From the NCBI GenBank assembly GCA_038496445.1, contig JALMLS010000353.1, positions 377,144 through 441,143 of the forward strand: 64,000 nucleotides of DNA, read 5' to 3'. The notes beneath the pieces were generated by a model. That model was not told where the DNA came from. It was given only the letters and a program-made list of their open reading frames with translations, and did no database searches. The stretch is from Trichosphaerium sp. ATCC 40318 (lineage: Eukaryota; Protista; Tubulinea). The position numbers and the translations under genes were made by a program. Positions 11,779 to 25,781 of this stretch are shown here, piece by piece (positions within the stretch are counted from its first letter, which is position 1; each line of letters begins with the position of its first letter).

Positions 11779-14700
11779 TTAGAGAAGGAGGAGTTTCGTT
11801 TTAAACAAGTTGTTTGTGCTATGTGTTTGAATGATCTGGGTTATGGTGTTGTGAGTTATTGTATTCGTATTTAAATATCGTAAAAGAGATGCCATGGCAC
11901 GCCACAATGAACCTAAACAACTCGCTGAGAAGAAACAATCCAAAAATTTTTACGTAAAAAAAACGAAAAAATTTGCCCGGTTAACCTTTTTCAATTTGTT
12001 GTCACGTGCGTTATCATACCTTCGCTAGATAACATAGGTTGTAATAGTACGTTTGAAACACATTTTGATACCTCCGCCGCGAAATTTCGTGCGAGGTGCG
12101 TGATTGTCCTCAAAGAAGCTATTTTAGGCGTGTCGTCCAAGTTTTCATTCAAAACAACACGTGAAAGTGCAGCAAGCAGTTTAGAGTGATCCAAAATAAC
12201 CGTATTCCAACGAGGCACATTAGATAATAGAGCGTCGATGATAGAGAATAAATAAAGGCTCTCGCCAACCTAATTGCCGCTAGTTAACCGTCTTTGCAGT
12301 TTTTGAAGTAACCTTACCGTGTTATAACTGCATTCACTTTCTAATCGGTGGGTCACGTGACTGTAAAGGTCAACTAGCATTGCATCTATTTCTTTCGATC
12401 TCTCAATGGACGCAATAATAAATTGTAACACTTGAAGCTCTTCAGTGGTAGAGAAAGCAAGCGCGCTAGGAAAAACATCCTTTTGAAAAAAACGTCAGCG
12501 ATCAAGTGATTGTATTTGTTAAACAAATCAAAATCACAGGTATATTGAACCAGATTATTGTAAGATTACATACCTTTGCCAATCCTACAATAAACGGTTG
12601 ATTACTCCGCAGCTGATACAGAAATTTAACACATTTTCGTCTTATCCTTCCTACAGCATGTATGAGCTTGGGTACCTCTTGATTGCTTCCTTACCGCTGT
12701 TGTGTGATACTAAACTCATAAACTCTGAGTTATACTTCATTTCTATAGCTTGCTTTGCCGTGAGAACCACTTTAGTTGATTCAAGAGAGCGAATCCAATA
12801 AGAGTCTGAAAGAGCTTTAAAGTACTTCACTATTCGTATTGGTACTACTGCTTCATCTTCAGCGATCTGCGTAATGATGGGTTTGTATAGTCGCTTATGA
12901 TATCTAACGCATAACCAACCAAGAGTCTCCAAGACCCAACTAAGCGCACGTTAGCTAAGAGACTTCGTCGTTTTTGTCAACAGAAAAGAACTTCTGAAAA
13001 AAATCAAAACATTTTTTCCGCTTTCAACTTGTCACAATCTCTTTTAACCAATGAGATTGATCGGTTTACGGAAAATTATGTTACAAGGCTACAAGAGCAG
13101 CATTGTAACATACAATAAAGGCAAAATAAAACAGAAAACTGCGAAGGTGTACATCAAAACATACATCAAAACAAAAAAGGTTACTTTGTTGTTTGGTATT
13201 AGTAAAATAACTGTTACCTCTTTGGTTGCTTATCTGATAGTACTAGCGACAGGCAAGAAGAAAAATCTTCATGGTCAGTAAACAAACACGTGTCTAGAAC
13301 CTTCGCTATAGGCTGTATATTAGCATCACCATCGTATGGTAAGCATAAAACGAGACGAATAAGTTGTTCTCTTTCATCCGCTTTTAAATCTATATTTAAA
13401 CCACCTATGGAGTGAAATTAAAGTGTGCACAGTACAAAACAGTACAAGAGGGAATTTTTTATAATACCTATGGTTTCCTGTGACAAATGTTCCCCAGAAA
13501 ATAAGGCACGAACTATTGAGTTTAAGGCTGGAAGTTGTACGGCTCTGAAAGATCAATGTCAGTAGTCTGTATGCGCGAGATTGTAGCGTTCACAAAAAAC
13601 GTCATGTGACAAACCATGTTTTTTTTTTTCCATACCTCATAACTTCTTTCACGTGGGCCAAAGAACTGTTAATATTGTTGTGTGTTAGGAGGTGGAATGT
13701 TCGCTCAATAAAAGGAACAACAGAAAGGGCTTGTTTACTCTTGATTTTCTCAATAAGAAATTCGCCCAGAGGTTTAGGATCTTCCTCCAAAAGAGCGTTT
13801 ATACCTAAAATAACTCAGTGTTAGCCACTCGATGAGCGTTGATGTTGCAATTTTATTCAACTTCAAAGAGAATCTTGTAGTCTTATTAATACCACGTACT
13901 GTTAGAATGTTGTGTCATTGCAGTTTGGCAGCTTTTGGAACCATCCTCTTGATCAAATAACACTCGTAAGATACCAGAAGATACTTCAAGGGCTTTTGAA
14001 ATTAGATGGTTAGGCCAAGAAAAAACAGGGTTTTCAGCTAAACACTTCCGTTAATAACTTGTAACCAACATGGTTTCACATGCCTTCAACTGCAAATTGA
14101 TGTAATATATGACTCTTAGGACATGCGATTGCGATGCAGGACGTATGAAATTTCATCCAAATAGCCAAGATGTCAGTTGAACTATCTCCACTCACGGAAG
14201 CGTTCCAACCTTCTTCAAAATAGCTCCAGAATGCAACTTGGCATTCCTTGTTCTCAACAAGTTCCTTTGCAGTAAATATACATGCATCGTCTGGGCTATG
14301 GTCAATCCAAGATAGAAGCCCAGACACTCTTGAACTCACATCAAAACGTTTTGTGAGGTCGCAAAAAGCCGATGGTGCGTCTTGGCCATTAAGAAACTGA
14401 TTGAACACCTTCTTATTAGCTAGTATGATAAATCAGTGTAAATAAAGTAATCTGTTGCACTCACTAGTATTAGCAACCAAGCCGCTGAGTAGAACAAGTC
14501 CAGTTTTCTCGTGCTTAACCTGGATACAGATTAATGAAAACTATTGACTTGTGTAAGTTTTCGTGGCTTACCGACTCAGATTTCTCAATACGTTGTCGCT
14601 TAGGTTGTGGCTCATTGTTCAAATCTGATTCTTCACGTGTTCTTTTTGTACCCTTATTTGTTGTAGTCATTGACTTGTTTGATTTTCGCCAAACTTCTTC

Positions 14701-16800
14701 TTGATGCAAAATCTTTACACGTTTTGTTAAAAGTGACATAGCATCAACTAGATAGTTATCAATGAAACTAAGCTCTCCATCACTGACTTTAACATCCTTG
14801 AAAGGTGTTAGATCTAGAGCTCAACAATTTCTGCGAACCTTAATGCTGATAAGTGCGCGTGTCAATACAGGTAATAGAGAAGCGTTTTTGGTGAATTTTG
14901 ATTCTGTGAGAAGAGTACAAAGCCAAGAAAGCATTAAATATCTTTGATTAACAAATTTTGCTGAAGCTTCCGTTGAGTTGACAGCAAAGAAGACTCTGAA
15001 CATATTAGGATTCGACACAAGCTTCAAGTAAATACTAGTCAAATCGTAGGGCTCTAAAACAAGATTATAAAATCGTAGGGTAACTAAAACTCATACCTGT
15101 GCTGCTCAAACCAACGTGAAGTATAGAAGTCAAAGTCTCGCTTGCTTCACCACGTATAGTCATAACGACTAATTGGCGTATAATCGTAGTCCGAAGCTTC
15201 TCTGGAACAAGTCCTATAACAGCAGGTATGTAAAGAGGTTGTGCTTTAGCTATACTACAAATCATTGAAGTGAGCTTTTCGGTCTTTAATTGATTCTTAA
15301 GAGTGATGCCTGCACGCCAGGCAACATAAAGAATGTACTCCATTGCAAATATATAAGAATTAGGGAACTGTGGGATAGCCATAAGAATGAATAAAGCAAT
15401 TTTGGTTAATCGATAAGCAGCTTCTTTTGTTGATTCTGCATGTGCCAGTACTTGAGCTTGATTCTCTGTGAGTTTAACAAAAAACTCTGAAACATGTGTT
15501 AGACATTTATGCATGCTGGAGTTGCCGGGAATTATCTTTAACCTAGAAAAAGAACTGAATACACCGTAGCCTTATTTGGTACGTACTGAAACTCTAAAGA
15601 GTGTTCTCTTGGTGTATGTTCTTGTGGAATCCTGTTATGCTTATATAAAGCACGAATAAGTTGCTCACAAGTGAATCGCCAAAGCAGTTTGGATATTGTG
15701 TTGTTCGTTGTTGGTGCTGTATACGGCATTGAAGATCTTGGTGCAACCCTCCAATAGCTTCCTATTGCTCCTAGCAACCAACTATGAGGAATGGTACTAA
15801 TTAGAGTTAGGTAACTGCCCAGGTAATTGTGCATACCTCTTTGTGTTTCTTAGATTATTTAAGATACAACAAAGCAAGCTGTAATGTTGAACAGCTTTAG
15901 AAGGCACAAGATATGCGAGCGTGTGCTCCTAAAATTATGTTAACACCATATGTATTGTACTTTAATACATAGAAGACGCTATGAAATACGGAGTGAACAC
16001 TTACTGTGGATAACTCTGTGTGGTGACGTTCGATATCGAAACCCATATCGATGTACTGATTCTTTTTACAGTATTGCATCCATTGAGCTCCTTTTCCATC
16101 ACAAAGGTAATTACTATCATCTTTATCCCATAGATACGCTTCAGTATCCTATAATACACCATTACTAAAAGTAATCTAGACGAAGCTCCTTACAGATAAG
16201 AATGGTCTCAAACTTTTGTTGATGTTATCTTTAATCCGCTGCGGAATTTTCGGACCAATCTTAAGTGTCTACCGTCGTTTACTAGTTAGAAAATGTTTAA
16301 AAAGAAAGACCTTGTTTTGTACCTTCTCAAAACAGCACAAATTAATATCAAATTGAGATATGTGAACTTTAACTGACTTGACATTTGTCAAACTTTTTAA
16401 GTAGCTTGATATCGATTCTTCTATAGACATCAGGACTTCTCCCTTGGATCCAAGAAGGGCATGTATACCATATATAAATACAAGTTTTCTTAATACCTCA
16501 AGGACAATGATGGCGCCACTACACAAGGAGCATGAGAACAAAATTTCGTAGAACTGCCTCAAAAAAAAAGTACAAGTTCAAAAGCCTCAAGCTATGTTTA
16601 AAAAAAAAACGTATTGTAACGCTTCTTACAGAATATGTGGAGTTAACCAAAGACTAAAAATCGAAATATCCTCCCCAAAACTAAAATTCCCACCAGTCGT
16701 AGTTGTTTGGTTTTTTCCGTCACAAAGAATCATTAGCTCTTTGACTACGTCACAAAACACAAACTAGTGTGATACAATAACATGATTGCTTGTAGCTCAA
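11779..16800 (-). CDS. Large multi-exon uncharacterised protein, probably helical repeat (HEAT/ARM-like)
   Basis: Continuous chain of Leu-rich minus-strand exon fragments separated by short introns. Stop TAA 11779-11781. Start not resolved and no family recognised. Confidence 0.55.
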
Positions 16801-18054
16801 CTTTGCCTATCATTCTTTCACACCAAGTACATTGTTGAGTTGCATTGGCTACTGGCATTGTTAGTGCAGTTGTATTATATGGCACATACAAAGTTTTTCC
16901 TTCATTGTTTGCACCACTAGAGCTAGAGAAACAGAAAAAAAAAATCTACGATGGTTATCTCTCTTCTGTTGCAACTTGCCTCACAGAGGTCTTCCCAGCA
17001 TCATGCTTTAATGAGGTATATTAGTAACAATAATTAAGAGTTCCTAACACGCTTGTAAGTTTGACATTTATGGAGAAAGGGCAAAACTGATTCCTGTTGT
17101 AAGACGAGTTGTCAGAAGATATAAACAACTTAAAGATGATATGAAAAACTCAGCAGAACTAGAAGGAGTAGAAAGAATTAATATGGTTACACAACAAATA
17201 CAGTTTTTTACAATGTTAGAAAAAGATAATGACGAGAAATACAAGTCAGAAGAACAAGCACTAGACTACACGCCGGTTCGTGGTTTTTTTAACTTTTTTT
17301 TTTCTTTATTCTTAGAATATTCGTACTTATTCTGTTGTTTAGGTGATGTCTCCAGATAAATCGGAAAAAGGTTTTTATATTAAAGTATCTTTGGATAGTA
17401 ATGATATTGCACCAGCACTTCGTAGTGCTGTAAATTATGATGGAAAGAAAAAATGGTTTAGACTTCCAAGTTTTTTAAGAAGATGGCCTTCTGTACCAGA
17501 AGTCGTTTCTAAAATTGATGAAGCTGCAGCATACCTTAAAACTACAGATTATGGAAAATGTCTAATCGTTTTTGAGGATGCTAGCTTCCTACAGTACGAA
17601 ACTATTTTCTTTTTGCTATTCTCGCTTTTTTCTTTTTTTTTTGAGTTGGTGTTCTTAACCCCCTTTGTTTAGGATCAATAACGAAGCTCAGTATAACAAT
17701 ATATTAGAATTAGCAAAGCGTAACAATGATGAAGATAGTAACATAAAAATTGTACTAGTAGAGAGTGAACCTGAAGATGTTAGACAAAGAAGAATTACCT
17801 TAAAAAGAGAGGCAGAACGCGAAGCATTAAAACGTGATGTGCTTGCAAATTTAAAGATAAAACAGGAACTAAAACAACAACGACTAAAAGAACAAGAAGA
17901 AGCTATGAGAAAGTTGAAAGAAGAAGAAGAAGAAGCTAAGAGAAAGTTGAAAGAAGAAGAACAAGAAGATGAAGATTTAGATGAAGGCGACTATGTTTAT
18001 GAAGATGAAGTTGATGAAGAAGAATTTGTTGAAGATTATTCTGATATTATATAA
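16782..18054 (+). CDS. Uncharacterised protein with an N-terminal hydrophobic segment and C-terminal coiled-coil/acidic tail
   Basis: Spliced ORFs 17141-17359, 17343-17672 and 17665-18054. VALATGIVSAVVLYGTYK segment upstream. Start uncertain because of an in-frame TGA near 16836. Confidence 0.5.
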
Positions 18055-18333
18055 AATATGTGCTTAAACTTCTTTTTTTATCATAGATGTTTTGTGAGAT
18101 TATATAATTTTCAACTGCACGTGACATGCCAATATAAGTTGTAGCAATAGTCGTCAAATTGGTCCAGAATTTTACTTCGTTTTACTAAAAAAGTACAAGC
18201 ACAAGGGAAAAAGCATGTGCCTTCAGTATAAGTTTCGTTCTAACTACTTACTGTTTTGTACATAATATGTTTTTTGCTGTGGAACTGGGTCTAATAGTTG
18301 GTAACAAGACGGTGAGTGTTAATAGTGATTAGT

Positions 18334-19743
18334 TTACTTTAAACTTGAAGAAAACATAGATGTTGTTGGTGCTGCAGGTGTTTTGGGAGGCTAAGGATAA
18401 CGTTATTGATAAATTCACAAATCTGAAAAAGCCCTTTTACGTACTTTACATAGAACTTGAGGAATATCTTTAATGTCTGCGCCACTAAACACAAAGAAAA
18501 TTAATGTCAAGAAAAAAAAATAAATTGAGCATTGTTGTTTTAGCTTACATATTAAATGCTCTGTCGGAAATGAAATTAGTTACAGGTAATATGATATCAT
18601 CTAATTCATTCCATTCATTATGATCTGCTGTCTTTGACAGTGCAAGCACCTTTTCAGAATTACAAAATCCATGTAACTTCTAAAAAGAAAAATTAGAAAA
18701 AAAAAGCTCACAAACCACAAAGAGGGGTTAATTGCCTGTGAATGATAACATGGAATGACATCATCCTGCTCTCCATGAATAAATAAAGTTGGACACGTGA
18801 CTTTCTGGATATTACTACGATAATAATGAGGATAGATGCGGTGGGAGAAAACAATAATAAAAAGAGGTAAGCAACACCCTAAGTTCACACAAAACAACTC
18901 CTTGCACCACCACGTACCTCCTGGAGTCCCAGTATTTTGGTGCAATAAAACCTACAAACCCTGCTATATCTTTAGCTATGTCTCGTATCGATAAATAAGG
19001 GCTACAGTTGAATAAGCACAATTTACAAAAGGTAAATAAGAGGACTAAAATGCGGTTTGTTTACGCTTAAAACAATTCTGGTGCAATAGTGGCGTGGTTA
19101 CCTCTGAAGAATTAGCGCAAGAGGGTTTTTGGCCTCGCTACATAATTTCCGGCATAGTTTAATTGTAGGACCTGTTCCGATGCTCCTACCGAATAGGATG
19201 ATGTTTTGTGAGGGTATTTGGAGCATTTTTGTCATAAAGTCGTATACAATTCTGATATCTCGATCAATTGCAGAGACAGAGGGAGAACCTGGTGATATAC
19301 CATATCCCTGGTACTCATGTTTTATGATATTGGCCTTTTGGACGTGTCAGTTATCTTCAGAGTTTTAACTTCAATCAAAGATGTACCTTCCATGCTCTCG
19401 CTTTCATGCCAATGTCGTCGTTGCAACCAATATCTTCTGCGTTACCATGACTCCATAGTATGTACAGTTGACTAAGTTATTTTAAGAAAACGCACGGTAT
19501 TGTCGGTAATGGGTGTTTGTACCTTTTAACGCCGTCGCAATTGTATTCGTGCAAAAAACATGGCACTGAGTTATTTTCTGATTTTAGAGCGGCTAAAGGC
19601 TTCTTCGCCATATTTCTAGGTACCCTAAATGGTTTATAAACGTACGTTAATTAAAGTTGAGTGAAAACTAACCAAAACAGGCCATTAGTTGAATGAGCTT
19701 TGTAGGTTGAAGCTGGGGCTGGGAATACCACCTTGTTTAACAT
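18334..19743 (-). CDS. ABHD17: ABHD17-like alpha/beta hydrolase (protein depalmitoylase family)
   Basis: MLNKVVFPAP, LWSHGNAEDIG, YQGYGISPG, LFGRSIGTGPT (nucleophile Ser), LFIHGEQDDVIPCYHS. Confidence 0.85.
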
Positions 19744-20284
19744 TGCTAGTGTAATTATGATTTGGGAACACAGTTTGACCAAAAAGACGTTATTCGCACA
19801 GTTTTGAGCTAACTTTTAATGTAAAACACAAAACCTGTACCTGTAACATCAGCCACATGGTCTTTCGTTCATTACGAGTAAGAACAGCGAAAAAACCTCC
19901 CGAAGCGTTTTCGGGATAACTTAGATAGTTAGAATGCACAGATTGGCCTACTTTAATCTCAAAATTACATAGCGTCAACAATACTTCGAGAAAACAGAAA
20001 ACGTGCGCAGACTTTTTTTCCGGATCTTAAATTTTTGTGGGAGCGTTTTTGTGGCGCCTTAAGGTCTCTCGTACGCGCTTTTTGTAATATCGTGCGTTAG
20101 TATGGGTGCTATAAGCCTTTTCGCTATCAAACCACTGTAAACGAATAGCTACTCACTATGATGACACTAAGGACAAGCCATTCAACAAAATTTTCAATAG
20201 TGAATCCACAGTGAGTGACGGTACAACTTTTCTCAAAAATAACGGTTCGCGTGTCCAGCCATTCACAATTATTAATACCAACCT

Positions 20285-21376
20285 ATGCTGGACATATCAG
20301 CAGAAAAGCAAGCTATGATAAACACATCAGAAGAAAAACCTTCACCTCCGTGCTGCCGTAGATACTGTGCTTTATTTCTTATTTTGGGTGTTACCTTTGG
20401 AGTTCTAATTTTAATTCTTATTTGTTTTTTGATTGGCGCTGCCGCTTCCTCACAGAAAGACATAGCTTGTCCACAAAAGTATAATTATGATAAATCTACT
20501 TTCCCTTCTGGAGGGGTTGTACATGGACAGATATCGGGAGTAGGAGCTAACGCAACAAGTAACATTTATGTTTTTTCGAGACAAGGACGTGACTTTAAAA
20601 ACACTGAGATTATCAAAGAACCAGTATTGTTCAGAGTGAATACATCCGGAAGTATTCTTGATTCTTTTGGAGAGAACATGTTCGTCGTACCACATATGGT
20701 ATCTGTTCTAGACGGATTTCTATGGGTCACAGACGTTGCTTTGCATCAAGTTTTTAAACTTGACACTTCTGGAAATGTTCTGCTATCTCTAGGAACTGCA
20801 AGAGTGCCTGGATGGGATAAAACGCACTTTAATCAACCCACCTGCGTTACAGCATTATCTGATAAGGTTTATATATCAGACGGATACGGAAATTGCAGGA
20901 TCGCTGTCTTTTCAAAGAACGGAACTTATCTATTTGAATGGGGCACGTGTGGAAGCGAGCACGGTCAATTTCGCACGCCGCACTCTGTGACTATCGCGTG
21001 GGGTAAATTATACGTTGCTGATCGTAATAATTACCGTACACAAGTGTTTGATCTTGATGGCTCTTTCTTACGTGCTTTTGATTCACACACACCTCGTAAT
21101 GCTTTTTACCGGTTTAAGGCTTTGATGTTCGGATCTTGGATGAGATACACAACTGCTGTAATCTATTCTCCTACGGCAGATGCTCTTTTCTCCTTGGAGG
21201 GTGACCAAATTGTAGTTCGAGATCAACAAGCGACGAACTTGGTTTGTGCATTCACATCTCCAAATGGGATGAACTTTCCTCATGATATCGCAGTTAGTGC
21301 AGTCCCACACCTAGCCATATTCGTCGGTCAGGTCGGTACTACAGATGGTCACGTGCAACACTTTGTAAAAAACTAA
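20285..21376 (+). CDS. NHL-repeat peptidyl-alpha-hydroxyglycine alpha-amidating lyase (PAL)-like type II membrane protein, intronless
   Basis: N-terminal TM segment. FVVPH, WVTDVALHQVFK, HFNQPT, ISDGYGN, PHS, VADR and PHDI match PAL/NHLRC3 motifs. Confidence 0.85.
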   Translation: MLDISAEKQAMINTSEEKPSPPCCRRYCALFLILGVTFGVLILILICFLIGAAASSQKDIACPQKYNYDKSTFPSGGVVHGQISGVGANATSNIYVFSRQGRDFKNTEIIKEPVLFRVNTSGSILDSFGENMFVVPHMVSVLDGFLWVTDVALHQVFKLDTSGNVLLSLGTARVPGWDKTHFNQPTCVTALSDKVYISDGYGNCRIAVFSKNGTYLFEWGTCGSEHGQFRTPHSVTIAWGKLYVADRNNYRTQVFDLDGSFLRAFDSHTPRNAFYRFKALMFGSWMRYTTAVIYSPTADALFSLEGDQIVVRDQQATNLVCAFTSPNGMNFPHDIAVSAVPHLAIFVGQVGTTDGHVQHFVKN

Positions 21377-21589
21377 ATATAAAGCTATTTAAACAACTTG
21401 CCTTAAATTGTTGTTAGTCAACTAAAGTATTAGCTACAATTGACATTATGTGCGCAGTCTCAACGGCAAGTACAGAGAAATGTAGCAAAAAGGTTTATTT
21501 ATTAATCACGTGCTTAGATTACAGAGCATGACGCTGATCGCATCACTCTTCTACAACTTCCGTTCGAATTACAGCTATTAATAATAGAA

Positions 21590-22141
21590 ATGAGCATAGA
21601 AGTATACAACATATGGCCTTTGCTGTCTAGAAGTGCAGCAATGTCAACACGGTTTGATTTTAAGCTTAACCCACATGGCGTGTGGATTAATTGTCCACGT
21701 GGGAAATCACGCGAAGCATGGGTAAAACGGCGCGTATGGGAACGAGGAAAGAAAAAAGACTACAAAGAAAGATACGAGAATGGTAAAATGAAACAACACA
21801 CGTGCTACAAACACGGCAAACGTCATGGATACAGTAGGAAATGGTTTTGTGATGGACGCCTAAGAAGCGAGTGTACTTATGTCAATGGTTTAATTGAGGG
21901 AGAGTATAGGGAATGGGATAAGCACGGTAGACCCGTTAAGGAGTTGTGGTACCAGCATGGTTCAAAGGAAGGGCGTCAAAGGAGGTGGTCATGTGCTTCT
22001 CAGCTACTTGAATGCTATACATACCACGACAATAAGCCGAATGGAGAATATTTAAAATACCATAGAGGACGTCTTATTTTGCGATGTTTGTACAAGGATG
22101 GTAGGATTGTTTCTTCCGTTGGTACTAGAGATTTCTTCTAA
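21590..22141 (+). CDS. MORN-variant (YwqK-like) repeat protein, intronless
   Basis: Repeats YKHGKRHGYSRKW, YVNGLIEGEYREW, YQHGSKEGRQRRW, YHDNKPNGEY. Confidence 0.85.
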   Translation: MSIEVYNIWPLLSRSAAMSTRFDFKLNPHGVWINCPRGKSREAWVKRRVWERGKKKDYKERYENGKMKQHTCYKHGKRHGYSRKWFCDGRLRSECTYVNGLIEGEYREWDKHGRPVKELWYQHGSKEGRQRRWSCASQLLECYTYHDNKPNGEYLKYHRGRLILRCLYKDGRIVSSVGTRDFF

Positions 22142-22599
22142 AATACACTAAAAGTTACATGGCATTTATTGTTCTCAAACCTCGAGGCTTATGCAAATAA
22201 CAAGAAATCGAAACCTTTGCTCACTTTATCCAAATAAACGTCAACTAGAGTGGCGCCGATAGACATTATTCTCCTTGAAATAGCGTTTTGCTTCAATCGG
22301 TGTTAATCTACCAGATTGTTTTGGTTCAAAGATCTAATTCTTTTAAGAAAGAAATGAAAATAATTATTGCAATTCAACCAATAAGTTTTCTAACTGACGT
22401 TTAATATTTTTCTTTTGGTTTGGTCCAAGCCTTGCTTTCAACATAGGTGTTGTGTATGCAGCTTGACTTAAATGCCGTGCGCAAAAAGAGTGTACTGAAT
22501 TTTTCTTTACCCAACACTTTGGAGTTACACATGCAACAATACTGTTCTAAACCGATGTTTCCGAGATAACAATTTATTAATGTTGTTGACTACAATACA

Positions 22600-23787
22600 T
22601 CAAGGGACATGTCCAATTTTTTTAATACCTTTCTTTTTAAGTTCTTTAATTCCGGCTAGCGTAACTCTTGTTAAAGACAATCCTAATATCTCAAGACTAC
22701 CAGGTAATGATTTTATGCCTTTATCTGTAATATTACAACCACGCAATTGCAACACCTTTACGTCAGATGATATGGCGCTAATCCAATCATCTGTTGCATT
22801 TGTATGAGTTAGATCAATTGAATAAGCACTTGATAAACTCTTCATAAATATCCCTTTTCGTAATGACCTACAAGAGGAGAGGTTGATATCATGTACACCA
22901 ACCAAAGCTGAAACACCTATATCAGTAACTCCAGTATACTCCAAATTTATGGTATGAACACCAGCTAACGCTGCTACACCTTTATCCGTTATGTCCTTGC
23001 AATATGTTAAATCTATCTTATGTACACCTGCTAGCGATACAATTGAATCTGTTACATGTGTATAACTTAAATCTATGGTATGTACACCAGCTAGTGACGA
23101 TACATCTGTTATATTAGTTGAACTTAAATCAATTGTATGTACACCTGCCAAAGAAGGTATACCCAAGTCAGTGATATGTTCATATTTTTTCAAATTTATT
23201 GTATGCACTCCAGATAAGACAGATAGTACGTCATCTGTGGCACTTGAGTTAACTATGCTAATCGTTGGTATTCCAGAGAGAGCCTTCAAACCTATTTCTG
23301 TAATCTCTTCAGCTTTGTACAGACAAATGTAATTGAGGTATGGAGCAAGTTGTGCCAAACATGAATCTGTTATATCTGGACAGCGTTTTAGTTCTAATCG
23401 TTTAACACCAATCAAATGATTTAACCCTTTGTCTGTTATACAATAGTTGAAGCAAAGGCTTATTGATTTAATACCAGAAAGAAGACAAAGATCTTTGTTG
23501 GTAGTGCCCACAAAGCGTTTTGTTGATACTGTAGTATTCTGTAGAAGAGGACTTCCTTCGAGATAAGAAAAACACTTGTGTGATTTTACATATATTGTAC
23601 CATAACCAATGTGAGTGTGGATGATGTCTCTTAGCCGTCTACAGCTTTGGGAAATTGGATATAGGAAGATATAGTCCAAAAATGCAAGTAAATGAGCGAT
23701 AATCTCTGTAGGAATATCTAGAAGCTCGGTATTGCTCTTGGTTGTATTGCATACAGGTGTGTGCCGTGTGCGCTTTGTTCTTCGCAT
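22600..23787 (-). CDS. F-box/leucine-rich-repeat protein, intronless
   Basis: LLDIPTEIIAHLLAFL F-box, then many LAGVHTIDLS..ITD LRRs. Probable start MRRTKR at 23787. Confidence 0.9.
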   Translation of the reverse strand: MRRTKRTRHTPVCNTTKSNTELLDIPTEIIAHLLAFLDYIFLYPISQSCRRLRDIIHTHIGYGTIYVKSHKCFSYLEGSPLLQNTTVSTKRFVGTTNKDLCLLSGIKSISLCFNYCITDKGLNHLIGVKRLELKRCPDITDSCLAQLAPYLNYICLYKAEEITEIGLKALSGIPTISIVNSSATDDVLSVLSGVHTINLKKYEHITDLGIPSLAGVHTIDLSSTNITDVSSLAGVHTIDLSYTHVTDSIVSLAGVHKIDLTYCKDITDKGVAALAGVHTINLEYTGVTDIGVSALVGVHDINLSSCRSLRKGIFMKSLSSAYSIDLTHTNATDDWISAISSDVKVLQLRGCNITDKGIKSLPGSLEILGLSLTRVTLAGIKELKKKGIKKIGHVP

Positions 23788-24102
23788 GGCAGTATTTGTA
23801 GGGTTTTGTTGAATTGCTATATGTTGGGAAGTTAAACAGCACTGAGAACAAAGAGTGCAGATTAATTTATTGACTGTTCTTGATTGATAGATTATTAAAA
23901 ATACCAAAAAACTCAATCAAAAACAAAATCTACCATAAAATTTTGAAACAAGCTTGCTTGGCCACAATTCTTATAGTTCAAATGGTTACATAGTCTCTGT
24001 GTTTGATGGGTCACTACAGGTACAACATTCGGGTAGAACCCACAAAACATAGGTTGGTTTTAAGGAATTTTGTAGACTACTAAGAATTCATGTTCTTTCA
24101 CC

Positions 24103-25781
24103 ATGGCTACCATGCTGAAAGCAAGGCTTGGACCAGACCAAAAGAAAGTAATCGACGTTCCACGTGACTTTGGCGAACGAAGCACCGTTTTAGCAGCGCA
24201 GCTGGAGCAAATCGACAGTGGAGAGTCAATAGATGATTATTTGATTGTTCTCAAGCACGCTGAGGGATTCTGTTGGCTTGTATCACATTACAACAAACCA
24301 ATAAGCTCAGTATGCGATAAATTGTGTATGGTATCTGAAAAAGAGCGCTTAGAGTGTATACAAGTTGTACGAACATTTTTGTTTTTGAGTCACACAGGTG
24401 TACTTAGCTTGACCTTTTTTCGCTGAGAATGTCTTTGTTTCGAAATGTGCTCGACTAAAGTAAAACATAGTCAAATAAACCAAACAAACAATGTACTTTG
24501 TTTATCTGAGAGACTTTACTGGGTTTTTTGTTAACTTTGTTGTTTATCTAGATCTATGACGCTTTAGATTGTTGTGATTACTTGGACTTACAAATGCCTT
24601 TGTTCATGCAAAGTATAACACGTATGCTTCAGCTTGAAGGATGTGACATAAGAAATGATTTTGTTCAATATTGTTGGCCTGTAAACTTTTCATCAGCAAT
24701 TCAAGATGCCTATGAAGGGAGTACGTAACTCTACTAAATGTGTATTCTAATATAGTAAAGAGTGGTTTGGAACACTGAGAAAAAGAATTATCAGCGGTCC
24801 GTTTATACCACCAACCGGCTTTCACGGTAAGTGAGCATACAATAAAATCTCATGGAATTATTTGTATTACCTCTGGTCGCACTTTTGGTAACAAAAAAGT
24901 CACATGTTGGAACTATTCTTTAAACACCAAACAATTCAGAATACTCGGCCTCCTTGATGAGGCTGCAGGTTTTCACATTGCTAAAGAATACTTGACAAAG
25001 TATTTTTTAGAAGGAACTGCAAAGATAGACAGTGTGATTGTTGCTCACTGTTCATCGTTTTGGAGTTTATTGTCAGCAAGTGAACTATCAGATATCGAGG
25101 CTCAAGCAGGAAGTGATAGATGTCTGGGTAAATTTATTGTCGATAATCTTGTATCTTTCCAATATCTCAAGTGTTTTATTGACATTGCACAAAGCAACGA
25201 TAGGGCTCTTGCGTCGAAAATAGAGCATTCAATTCTGTACCATTTAGCTCAATATGAATCTGCACCTAATTTGAACCTTGTTATTGATCTTATGAAGCAT
25301 ATTCCTCCCTCAGAGACTTGGCAAGCAATTAAACGTGATAATTTTGACATAAATGCTGTACCTCCAATACCTTTCTTTTGGAATGCATTAAAGTACAAAA
25401 ATAGATCACAAATTACAGATTTTTGATTAATGTAATTCCCTAGGATAGGCATGCTAAGCAATCAGCTTGATTTTGGTGACTTGAATCATGCTAGGTTTGC
25501 GGACTGTATCACTCGCAAAGTTGGTACTTCTGTGACACTCATGAGAGGACAGCACAATCCAAACAGGCAGAGGTCAAAAGTTTACGTTGCATTGGAACCA
25601 CTAGATTTAATACCAACTGTACTAAGTGGATGGCGATCAAAATGGAAACAAAAAAAACATACATACAATTTGGACTGGTACAGCGCTTTCCTCACATGCA
25701 AAGAACCAGTTCTACCTACGAGCTAATTAATATCATAGGGATTGTGGCTATATACCTTATACTCCTAAAACTGATAATTGA
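24103..25781 (+). CDS. SKP1/BTB-POZ-like domain protein, copy 1 (multi-exon)
   Basis: KVIDVPRDFGERSTVLAAQLEQID ... ALDCCDYLDL resembles a SKP1/BTB fold. Frame intact after splicing, ending TGA 25779-25781. Confidence 0.55.
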
